From Eledone cirrhosa (lineage: Eukaryota), in the NCBI GenBank assembly GCA_964016885.1, contig OZ024740.1, positions 15,500,001 through 15,564,000 on the forward strand: DNA of 64,000 nt. Reading direction: 5' to 3'. Each line of letters starts with the position of its first letter. Position 1 is the first letter of the stretch. The translations under genes and the position numbers were made by a program. This document shows positions 26,086-37,200 of the stretch, piece after piece. The notes beneath the pieces were generated by a model. It worked only from the letters and a program-made list of their open reading frames with translations. It ran no database searches and was not told where the DNA came from.

Positions 26086-26086
<1 letters not shown>
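23645..26086 (-). mobile_element. R4-like family A copy 4, 5'-truncated
   Basis: Family A 3' UTR; truncated in mid-ORF; (ATT)n on both sides. Confidence 0.93.
23720..26086 (-). CDS. Uninterrupted 788-aa RT + CCHC + RLE reading frame (N-terminus missing; QGD motif changed to QED)
   Basis: Single ORF with all RT motifs (FMDD), CRICGEREETVAHIVSEC, RHD and RPDLVVVD..IVDVACP. Probably not functional. Confidence 0.85.
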
Positions 26087-26130
<44 letters not shown>

Positions 26131-26150
26131 CGCACGGTATCTTTGCACTG

Positions 26151-26703
26151 AATTAATTAAAAGTTGGTTAGAAGCGAAGTCAATGCAGACAGGCAGCCAG
26201 ACAGACAGATATTATAAGAGTGCGACGTTATAGTTATGTATCTAATGCAGACAGCCAGACATACAGAGACATATTATAAGGGCACGACGTTATAGCTATG
26301 TATCTAAAATGACAGACTAAGAAAGAGAGATGAATGTCGTATAACCGGAAGTGATGACTTTTGAAAATTTTAAAGAAGTGAATATTTAAATAAACGATAA
26401 AATATCTTTAATCTTTTAACCAAATTTAGATGACAAAAATACCCTCACTTTCTTACTTGCAAAAAGTTACATCTATGGTGCACATTTGGTACTGTTTAGT
26501 CCAGCCATTTGGCGAAAAGTTTGTTATATACATACGGCCGTCAGCTTTATAATATAGATAATATATATAATACGACACTCCTCTCTCTTTCTTACTCTGT
26601 CTTTTTAGATAGATACATAGCTATAACGTCGCGCGCTTATAATATCTGTCTGTATGTCTGACTGTCTGCATTGACTTCGCTTCAAACCAACTTTTAATTA
26701 ATT
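26151..26703. mobile_element. Helitron-like repeat, inverted plus direct pieces forming a fold-back
   Basis: 26151-26558 is a reverse-complement relative of 325-1100; 26563-26703 matches 960-1100 directly; arms 26151-26233 and 26621-26703 are inverted. Confidence 0.6.
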
Positions 26704-26717
26704 ATATATTCGTGTAC

Positions 26718-27595
26718 ATATTTTCAACAGAAATACTGTACTATATATTTTCAACAGTAGTACTGTACTATATATTTTCAACATTAATACTATACTATAC
26801 TATATATTTTCAACAGTAATACTGTACTGTACTATATATTTTCAACAGTTATACTATACTATATATTTTCAACAGTAATACTATACATTTTCAACAGTTA
26901 TACTATACTATATATTTTCAACAGTAATACTATACTATATATTTTCAACAGTAATACTGTACTATACTATATATTTTCAACAGTAATACTGTACTATATA
27001 TTTTCAACAGTAATACTATACTATATATTTTCAACAGTAATACTATACTATATATTTTCAACAGTAATACTATACTATATATTTTCAACAGTAATTCTGT
27101 ACTATACTATATATTTTCAACAGTAATACTGTACTATATATTTTCAACAGTTATACTATACTATATATTTCCAACAGTAATACTATACTATATATTTTCA
27201 ACAGTAATACTGTACTATATATTTTCAACAGTAATACTATACTATATATTCTCAACAGTAATACTATACTATATATTTCCAACAGAAATACTATACTATA
27301 CATTTTCAACAGTTATACTATACTATATATTTTCAACAGTAATACTGTACTCTATATTTCCAACAGTAATACTGTACTATATATTTCCAACAGTAATACT
27401 ATACTATATATTTTCAACAGTAATACTGTACTATATATTTTCAACAGTAATACTATACTATATATTTCCAACAGAAATACTATACTATACATTTTCAACA
27501 GTTATACTATACTATATATTTTCAACAGTAATACTGTACTCTATATTTCCAACAGTAATACTGTACTATATATTTTCAACAGTAATACTGTACTA
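26718..27595. repeat. 27/32-bp minisatellite (TATATATTTTCAACAGTAATACTRTAC with an optional pentamer), ~30 copies
   Basis: Period 27 measured from 27005 to 27032; longer units carry an extra TATAC. Confidence 0.93.
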
Positions 27596-27665
27596 CACAG
27601 ACAGCTTATTGTCTGTTTATCCAAGCGAAGCTAGGTACGTCACCTATATATATATATATATGGAT

Positions 27666-27717
27666 GCCGTAGAACACGGCAATGGTAGCCGGGCGCCAGC
27701 CGGACGGGCCAGCTAGT
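27666..27717 (+). other. Helitron-like 3' terminus (GC hairpins followed by CTAG|T)
   Basis: GCCGT-agaac-ACGGC, then CCGG..CCGG, then CTAG at 27713-27716. Confidence 0.4.
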
Positions 27718-27890
27718 TATATATAAACTGCATTAGGAGAACATTAGTGGCGGAAATATATGAATGTTTATTTAAGCGATCGCTAACCGGAAGTGTTGAC
27801 ATTTGAAAATTTTAAAGAAGTGAATCTTTAAATAAACAATAAAATATATTTCATCAACATCTACGAAATTTAGTAGATAAATTATGTAAT

Positions 27891-28072
27891 ACTAGCAGAA
27901 AAACCACCCTTTGGGTGGATTTCTGCTAGCATGTGTAGTGTGCATATTGATATTATACGCAGGTATGTACATCAAATAAAATCGTAATTGACAATATATA
28001 ATACATAGAAATTGAACGAAGACTGCGTTTAATCAGTAACGTAATGCATGATACATTAAAAAAGACGATATA
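27891..28072 (+). repeat. Direct repeat of ~125-325, starting with the palindrome CTAGCAGAAAAACCACCC-ttt-GGGTGGATTTCTGCTAG
   Basis: Colinear with AAAACCACCCTGCGGGTGGTTTTCTGCTAGCATGTGTAGTG...AAAGACGATAT near the window start. Confidence 0.75.
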
Positions 28073-28689
28073 TTAAAAAAAACTGCATTAGGAGAAAATT
28101 AGTGACGGAAAATTAATATGTTTATTTAAACGATGGCCAACCGGAAGTGTTGACATTTCAGAAATTTTAAAGAAGTGAATCTATTTAATCAATTTAATCA
28201 ACAGCCACGAAATTTAGTAAATAAATTATGTAATATTCATTCATTATTTATTCAAAGTAATGCAACTTATTTTACTAATGGGATAAAAAATTATAAACCG
28301 TACGCAGTCCCGCGCTCCTTACTTTATTATAGTTTAGATACATTCCCTCTGTCTTATAAATCTCGGAGCCCTTGAAAAATGTCAGAGGCTCTGTTTTTCT
28401 TTCCTTGGCGAAACAGCAATATACACATATGTATGTGTGTGTATGTGTGTGTGGGTATGTATGTGTGTGAATGTATGTTGGTGTGTGTATGTGTGTGTAT
28501 GTATTTATGTATGCGTGTATCTATGTATGCATGTTTGTATTTATGAATGTATATATATATGTATACATACATATAATATATATACACATTCATGCATACT
28601 CAGTCACAACTTATATATATGTATATAAGAACATATATATGTGTGTGAAGGTGTGTGCGTATAAACGTGCGCTCATTCTATATATACAC

Positions 28690-31600
28690 GTGGAGCAGCG
28701 GTGACCCTGGCTGTCTGATAGCTATGGTAGCGAGACTCAATGTCCTGGCAGGTTTTACCATGTTACACAGGTATCAGACTATTGGTCCTAGACATGATTC
28801 ATCATCTTCTAGAGTTCAAAAGCTAGCTAAACTGAAGAGGTACCGGCCTGCCCGCCCAGCCAATGGGATGGCGTCATCTTATGGTTAAAATAGCACGAAG
28901 AAAAGGGCCTCAGTACCCTGCGCGTCAATCGGGCCACTCCACGACGGCGGAGTGCAACCCGAGCGACGAGAGGCTGCTAAGAATCACAGGTTCCCGAAGG
29001 CCGCCAAGGAACAGGACTAACCTTGCCATATGCACCTTCAACTGCAGGTCTTTGGCAGGGGGCAAGGACTGAACCACCTAATGGAGGAGAAGAAGAATAT
29101 CAGGTGCGACGTGTTAGGGTTGTGCGAGACCCACCAGAAGAAGGAGGCGAGTTCGCGATGACAAGATGGATGCGCCGTGAGACTCGGGAAAGCAGAGGGT
29201 ACCAGATCGGTCGGAGGTATAGGGTTTATCTTAAGCAAAGAATGGGCTTCGAAGGTCGCTTCTTGCCAGTTCATATCGTCACTGATTGGTGTACTGAATG
29301 TGAACCTCTCAGGGAAGGCCACCCTCAAGATCGTCCAGACCTACGCTCCCACAAGTGCCAGCGACAACGATGAAGTGGAAGAATTCTATCGCCAGTTGGA
29401 CAAAGTGCTAGCTGTGAAGTCCACTTACACCGTCGTGATGGGAGACTTCAACGCAAAGGTCGGACAAGGACGGCAAGGGGAAGAGTATGTCGGAAGATTC
29501 AGCTTAGGAGAGCGAAATGAGAGCGGAGAGCGTCTGGTCACCATGGCGGAGGCGAGAGGGCTCTACATTGGAAACAGCCTATTCAGGAAGACGAAGGAGA
29601 CGAGATAGACCTAGGTATCGCCAAATTCTGAGCACTGAAACGAGATCGACTACATCTTGGTCGACAAGCGACGCATACTGCAGGACGTCTCCGTCATAAC
29701 GCCATTCAACATTGGCAGTGATCATCGTCTGGTGAGGGCGAAGGTCGTCATCGACCGGACGAGGGAGAAGAAGGCGCTGCATTTGGCGTCGAAAGGAGAA
29801 CGCGTCCGAGTCTTCAACGAGGCGCAGCTGCAGGAAGCCATCATGCAGGGAAACTGGCGTCAAGGAGTTGGCATAGACGCTGAGTACGACTCACGGATAA
29901 AGAAACTGAAGGAGTGCTTGAGGAAGGCTAAGGGTGTGTGCCCGAGGGAGCGGAAGGGAAGAGTCTTGGAGGAAACTATGAAGTTGCTTGAGAAGAGGAA
30001 GAATATGAAGAAGACACCTGAAGATCACCTCGAATATTCCCTTCTCAGCAGAGTGATACGTCAACAACTGAAGACAGACTTCGAGGCATACCGGATGGAG
30101 AAGCTCCTGAAGGTCGCAAAGGAAAAGAAGAGCCTCAAGAAATGCAAGAGGGACATGACAATGTACAGGTGACGACCCTGAAGAACACAGCTAGAGTACC
30201 AGTCAGCGACAAGAGTGAGGTGGAAAAGGTTTGCGAAGACTTCTACACCAAGCTCTTCAAGTCTGCCGGAAATGTGCAGCCGTTTCCATCACTCCAACAG
30301 GAAGAAAATGTGCCACCCATCCTTATCGGTGAGGTCGAAAGAGCCGTCGGCTTGATGAAAAGCGGAAAGGCGCCAGGGAAAGACGGCATAACATCGGAGG
30401 TGTTGAAGTCAGGCGGAGAGCAGCTCTGGAAAATCCTCGCCGAGCGATTCACACACTATCTGGACGAGGGAAGAATACCCTCGCAGTGGAAAGAGTCGAA
30501 TACCATCCTGCTATACAAGAAGGGTGATAGAGAAGATCTGAAGAACTACCGACCCATATGCCTGCTGTTTCACGTGTACAAGCTGTTCACGAAGATAATC
30601 CTGAACAGGTTATCACGTCATCTGGACGAACAGCAACCGAGAGAGCAAGCCGGCTTCCGGAAGATCTACAGCACGATGGACTACATATTTACTCTGACAC
30701 AACTGCTTGAGCAAGCAAAAGAGTACAATATGCCTCTTTGTGTCGCGTTCGTAGACGAGAAGGCCTTCGACAGCGTCGAAATCAACGCAGTGCTGAACTC
30801 GCTGCAAAGGCAAGCAGTCGAGGTGCAATACGTTCAACTACTCAGGGAGGCGAGTTCCGGATGCACTACCGACATAGCTCTGCTGTCATCACCCGTATGA
30901 GTCCCGGTCGAGAAGGGAGTGAAGCAAGGAGATACGATCTCTCCAAAAATTTTCACCACGTGTCTCGAGCAGATCATCAGAGGCATTGACTGGCAAGGCG
31001 GTGTCAACATCAACGGCGAGATACTTACCCACCTCCGTTTCACTGATGACATCGTACTCATCGCTGAAACCACGGATCAGCTTCAGACCATGCTGACGGA
31101 GCTCAGCATCAAAAGCTCTGCAGTAGGCCTCAAGATGAACCGCAGTCCGACAACGTACCAACAGGTCGAATGGTGGTTGGCGGTGATGAGATAGAGGAGG
31201 TGGAGGAATACGTCTACCTAGGACAAGAAGTGAACATGCACCGAGACATTGAGAGGGAGATCTCGCGGAGAGTAAGGGCCGGATGGAAGGCGTTCAACGG
31301 CATAAGGGATGTGCTCAGGGGGAAGGTTGGACAAGACCACCCGCACCAACCTCTTCAATAGCACAGTTTTACCTGCAATGTTATATGGCAGTTAAACTTG
31401 GGCTACAACGAAGAGAGAAGAGCAGAGGCTGGTAACGGCTCAAAGAGCCATGGAGAGATCAATGCTAGGAATCTCTTTGAGAGAGCACATCAGGAGCGAA
31501 GTCATCAGACAGAAGTCCGGCGTGAGGGACGTCATCACGGAATATATGCGCAGCAAGTTCAGATGGGCTGGACACGTCGCCCGGTTCACCGATAATCGGT

Positions 31601-31806
31601 GGACCCGCGCAGTTGCCAAGTGGTTCCCGCTCGAGCGGAAACGACCACTCGGAAGGCCTCCACGAAGGTGGAGTTACGATTTTAAGAATACGATTGGGAC
31701 TACATGGATGAGGAAAGCACGATCCAGAGAGGAATGGACGGCGTGCTGTTACCAGGGGCGCTGAATGGACGCCCGACAGACTGGTCGGTCAAGGTGATCA
31801 AGGTGA
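28690..31806 (+). mobile_element. RTE-clade non-LTR retrotransposon, near full length, frameshifted
   Basis: Single APE-RT frame in pieces: CTFNCRSL, LGLCET, TYAPTS, MGDFNAKVG, GSDHRLV, KAPGKDG, NYRPICLL, EQAGFR, QGDTISP, RFTDDIVL, YVYLGQ, WAGHVAR, RPLGRPPRRW. Tail (TCAAGGTGA)2 then (TA)n. Confidence 0.93.
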
Positions 31807-32155
31807 TATATATATATATATATAAATGAAAATAGAGAAATTAATGTAAGCAAGAAGCCAACAGTAATTCAGACATATAAGTGACTATTACGTCAAGATG
31901 AAAAATATTTAACGTAAGATATGGGAAAATAATTTAATCCCAATTCAAAACAAGTCAAGACCAGAAATTTTATCCCCAGATTTTGTGTAATCCGGGGAAA
32001 AAACCAATAGAGTCTTAACTCAAAATAAAATTAAGAGTAAATACTTATCCGTCAATTTGGAAAAATCTACAAATGCACTATATAGTCTTAAAAAGACTAT
32101 TTCACGAAACTTTTCTGTGGGGTTAGTCACGGTTATATATATATATATATATATG

Positions 32156-32210
<55 letters not shown>

Positions 32211-32212
<2 letters not shown>

Positions 32213-32288
32213 AGGAACCAGTAAGACCCCGACAGCTGAGCTCAAGCCTTGGCTTGAGCTCAGCTGTCGGGGTCTTACTGGTTCCTAT
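32211..32288. repeat. Perfect 38-bp inverted repeat with a 2-nt spacer
   Basis: ATAGGAACCAGTAAGACCCCGACAGCTGAGCTCAAGCC-tt-reverse complement, directly after (TA)n. Confidence 0.95.
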
Positions 32289-32611
32289 TACCCACTCTAC
32301 TACCTCAAGTATTGAGTACTTTGGTGCGTTATGGTCCACCTGGTTCCTTACCACATTTCCTTCGTTATATATATATATATATATATATATATCGTTTCTG
32401 AATTTGTTTAGCAAGATTCTTTATCTGAAATCGTGTGTTGAAACCGATATTGTTATACTTTGGGAGGGTCATGTTGCCAATAAGAAACACACGCACCAGT
32501 GCTTTCACTTCAATTTATTATATATTTATAAATTTATAAATTTACAAATCTACAAATCTATAAATTTCTGGTTGGTTGGTTGGTTCCACAACCAGATAGT
32601 TGTTTATATAT

Positions 32612-32656
32612 AGTCATAGTCCTTTCGTCACACACTCTGTGACCTCTTCAGTGACT
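32612..32656 (-). ncRNA. Minimal type I hammerhead motif downstream of the GIY-YIG fragment
   Basis: Minus strand: AGTCA-CTGAAGA-g-GTCACA gagtg TGTGAC-GAAA-ggac-TA-TGACT. Confidence 0.72.
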
Positions 32657-32859
32657 GGGATTCCTTTCTTTGTTTCTGTGCCTTTCCTTTCTTCTGTCCT
32701 ACGCCATTTTGTTTCTGTGTGTGTGTTGTGTGCTCAGTTTGCGCATGCGCCACATCCGGGTGTCTGTGTGTGTTTGTGTTCATTTATCTATTTGTTTATT
32801 TATTTACATGTTGTTGGTTGGTTGTTTGTTCTATGTGTGTGTGTGTTTTCATTTTGTCC

Positions 32860-33283
32860 TTAATTGTAAGTTGTGATGTTGCGGTTCCACTCATATTTTC
32901 TATTTAATTTTGGTTGTAATTCTTTTATGCTTACTGCCTCTGTAATTTGCCTAAACATTGCATCTTTTCTGTGTGTGGATTCTATTTTTATTTCTGTTCT
33001 CTAATTTGCCCTTGTGTTCTATCTTAGCATGTTGGTAGAGTACAGATGATTCTTTACTATCTTGAAGGTCTCGCCAGTGTTCATTTATCCGTTCCCCTAT
33101 ACTACGAGCTGTCTCACCTATGTACACTATATTTTTGTTTCTACATTGTCCTTCAGTACATCTTATGCTATACACTACATTTCTAGTTTTACAGTTAATA
33201 TGGGGGCTTATTTTACAGGTTATACATTTCTTGTCTATACATGAGGGTCTTTGGAACGGGTATGTCTTGCTAATAAGTGTTTT
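32860..33283 (-). pseudogene. Penelope-like element GIY-YIG endonuclease, C-terminal fragment with one frameshift
   Basis: [50 protein letters not shown]; after a frameshift, [33 protein letters not shown] (stop 32860-32862). Confidence 0.88.
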
Positions 33284-33327
33284 TATATATACATATATAT
33301 ATATGCATATATATATATATATATATA

Positions 33328-33426
<99 letters not shown>

Positions 33427-33661
33427 TATACATACATATATATATATATAGATAATATATATATATATATGCGCACACATACACACATATATATAAATAT
33501 ACGTATCCTCCCATAAATATATGTACACTGACAAACTGTATTAGGTGGTGGTCCCGTAATAACAACACTTGATACCCCATTAGAATTACTTAAAGTGATT
33601 AGCTGCCTCCTTAAATTCTCCGCACACTGTATCATACATACACATATACACCTATACATAG

Positions 33662-33708
<47 letters not shown>

Positions 33709-33810
33709 GAAGTTATATTTAATTTGTTGAGATTCCAACAAATTCCAGCGAATTTTCAACCGTCAAGGTTGTTTTCCACAGTTATGTCACTATTTATAAA
33801 TCAAATTTTG

Positions 33811-33875
33811 TATTTTATCTGATGAAAGCGCACCAAGATTGCCTTGGTTGCCCTTGAAATATATATAATAAAATA
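33811..33875 (+). ncRNA. Minimal type I hammerhead motif
   Basis: TATTTTAT-CTGATGA-AAGCGCACCAAG attgc CTTGGTTGCCCTT-GAAA-tatata-TA-ATAAAATA: 8-bp stem I, intact core, imperfect stem II, palindromic stem III ATATATAT. Confidence 0.75.
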
Positions 33876-33909
33876 ATTATGGTATTATAAATATAGTTTC
33901 CATTTATTA

Positions 33910-33986
<77 letters not shown>

Positions 33987-33987
33987 C

Positions 33988-34015
33988 ATGAGTATTGACG
34001 TACGTCAATACTCAT
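33988..34015. repeat. Perfect 28-bp palindrome next to (TA)n
   Basis: ATGAGTATTGACGTACGTCAATACTCAT. Confidence 0.9.
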
Positions 34016-34261
34016 CTTTTTCCATTTCTCCGAGGGTTCTTAACCCCACTATCAGGCTAAATAATTTCTTTAATTTCTTTAGTCAAAATACGGCCATAGC
34101 TTACATTTCTAATAATTTCAAACCCACTCGCTGTTTTGAAAGTATTCTTTACAGCTTCTAATTTGAATGAAAAAGGACGGGTGATGTGTTGGTGTAAATG
34201 GTAGAACAGTGGTCCGGATAAACATATATATATATATTCATGCATCTATATAATTCATGCA

Positions 34262-37200
34262 TCTATATAATACAGTAGTTCCCAGCCCAGGTATGTCTAT
34301 ATTATATAATACAGTAGTTCCCAGCCCAGGTATGTCTATATAATACAGTAGTTCCCATCCCAGGTATGTCTATATAATACAGTTCCCAGCCCAGGTATGT
34401 CTATATAATACAGTAGTTCCCAGCCCAGGTATGTCTATATTATATAATATAGTAGTTCCATGCCAAGGTATGTCTATATAATACAGTAGTTCCTAGCCCA
34501 GGTATGTCTATATAATACAGTAGTTCCCAGCCCAGGTATGTCTACATAATACAGTAGTTCCCAGCCCAGGTATGTCTATATAATACAGTAGTTCCCAGCC
34601 CAGGTATGTCTATATAATACAGTAGTTCCCAGCCCAGGTATGTCTATATAATACAGTAGTTCCCAGCCCAGGTATGTCTATATATTACAGTAGTTCCCAG
34701 CCCAGGTATGTCTATATGATACAGTAGTTCCCAGCCCAGGTATGTCTATATATTACAGTAGTTCCCAGCCCAGGTATGTCTATGTAATACAGTAGTTCCC
34801 AGCCCAGGTATGTCTATATAATACAGTAGTTCCCAGCCCAGGTATGTCTATGTAATACAGTAGTTCCCAGCCCAGGTATGTCTATATTATATAATACAGT
34901 AGTTCCCAGCCCAGGTATGTCTATATAATACAATAGATCCCAGCCCAGGTATGTCTATATAATACAGTAGTTCCCAGCCCAGGTATGTCTATATAATACA
35001 GAAGTTCCCAGCCCAGGTATGTCTATGTAATACAGTAGTTCCGAGCCCAGGTATGTCTATATATTACAGTAGTTCACGGCCCAGGTATGTATATATAATA
35101 CAGTAGTTCCCAGCAAAGGTATGTCTATATATTACAGTAGTTCCCAGCCCAGGTATGTCTATATATTACAGTAGTTCCCAGCCCAGGTATGTCTATATAA
35201 TATAGTAGTTCCCAGCCCAGGTATGTCTATATTATATAATACAGTAGTTCCCAGCCCAGGTATGTCTATATAATACAGTAGTTCCCATCCAAGGTATGTC
35301 TATATAATACAGTAGTTCCCATCCAAGGTATGTCTATATAATACAGTAGTTCCCAGCCCAGGTATGTCTATATAATACAGTAGTTCCCAGCCCAGGTATG
35401 TCTATATAATATAACACAGTAGTTCCCAGCCCAGGTATGTCTATATAATACAGTAGTTCCCAGCCCAGGTATGTCTATATAATACAGTAGTTCCCAGCCC
35501 AGGTATGTCTATATAATACAGTAGTTCCCATCCCAGGTATGTCTATATAATACAGTAGTTCCCAGCCCAGGTATGTCTATATAATACAGTAGTTCCCAGC
35601 CCAGGTATGTCTATATAATACAGTAGTTCCCAGCCCAGGTATGTCTATATAATACAGTAGTTCCCATCCCAGGTATGTCTATATAATACAGTAGTTCCCA
35701 GCCCAGGTATGTCTATATAATACAGTAGTTCCCAGCCCAGGTATGTCTATATAATACAGTAGTTCCCATCCCAGGTATCTCTATATAATACAGTAGTTCC
35801 CAGCCCAGGTATGTCTATATTATATAATACAGTAGTTCCCAGCCCAGGGAAGTCTATATAATACAGTAGTTCCCAGCCCAGATATGTCTATATAATACAG
35901 TAGTTCCCATCCCAGGTATCTCTATATAATACAGTAGTTCCCAGCCCAGGTATGTCTATATTATATAATACAGTAGTTCCCAGCCCAGGTATGTCTATAT
36001 AATACAGTAGTTCCCATCCCAGGTATCTCTATATAATACAGTAGTTCCCAGCCCAGGTATGTCTATATTATATAATACAGTAGTTCCCAGCCCAGGGAAG
36101 TCTATATAATACAGTAGTTCCCATCCCAGGTATGTCTATATAATACAGTAGTTCCCAGCCCAGGTATGTCTATATAATACAGTAGTTCCCAGCCCAGGTA
36201 TGTCTATATAATACAGTAGTTCCCAGCCCAGGGAAGTCTATATAATACAGTAGTTCCCAGCCCAGGTATGTCTATATTATATTATACAGTAGTTCCCAGC
36301 CCAGGTATGTCTATATTATATTATACAGTAGTTCCCAGCCCAGGTATGTCTATATTATATAATACGGTAGTTCCCAGCCCAGGTATGTCTATATAATACA
36401 GTAGTTCCCAGCCCAGGTATGTCTATATAATACAGTAGTTCCCAGCCCAGGTATGTCTATATAATACAGTAGTTCCCATCCCAGGTATCTCTATATAATA
36501 CAGTAGTTCCCAGCCCAGGTATGTCTATATAATACAGTAGTTCCCAGCCCAGGTATGTCTATATAATACAGTAGTTCCCAGCCCAGGTATGTCTATATAA
36601 TACAGTAGTTCCCTGCCCAGGTACGTCTATATTATATAATACAGTAGTTCCCAGCCCAGGTATGTCTATATAATACAGTAGTTCCCAGCCCAGGTATGTC
36701 TATATAATACAGTAGTTCCCAGCCCAGGTATGTCTATATTATATAATATAGTAGTTCCATGCCAAGGTATGTCTATATAATACAGTAGTTCCCAGCCCAG
36801 GTATGTCTATATTATATAATATAGTAGTTCCATGCCAAGCTATGTCTATATAATACAGTATTTCCCAGCCCAGGTATGTCTATATTATATAATACAGTAG
36901 TTCCCAGCCCAGGTATGTCTATATAATGCAGTAGTTCCCAGCCCAGATATGTCTATATAATACAGTAGTTCCCAGCCCAGGTATGTCTATATAATACAGT
37001 AGTTCCCAGCCCAGGTATGTCTATATAATACAGTAGTTCCCAGCCCAGGTATGTCTATATAATACAGTAGTTCCCATCCCAGGTATGTCTATATAATACA
37101 GTAGTTCCCAGCCCAGGTATGTCTATATAATACTGTAGTTCCCAGCCCAGGTATGTCTATATAATTCAGTAGTTCCCAGCCCAGGTATGTCTATATTATA

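Noticed and set aside
28812-28850. Hammerhead-like CAAAAGCTAGCTAAACTGAAGAGG in the RTE 5' UTR
   Set aside because: CTGAAGA and a palindrome are present, but there is no GAAA or stem I in a valid order. I also could not fold a convincing HDV-like ribozyme here.
4687-31161. Many ORFs antisense to the retrotransposon frames (e.g. 5462-6145, 19363-20022, 25677-26156)
   Set aside because: Shadow frames of RT coding sequence with no independent motifs.
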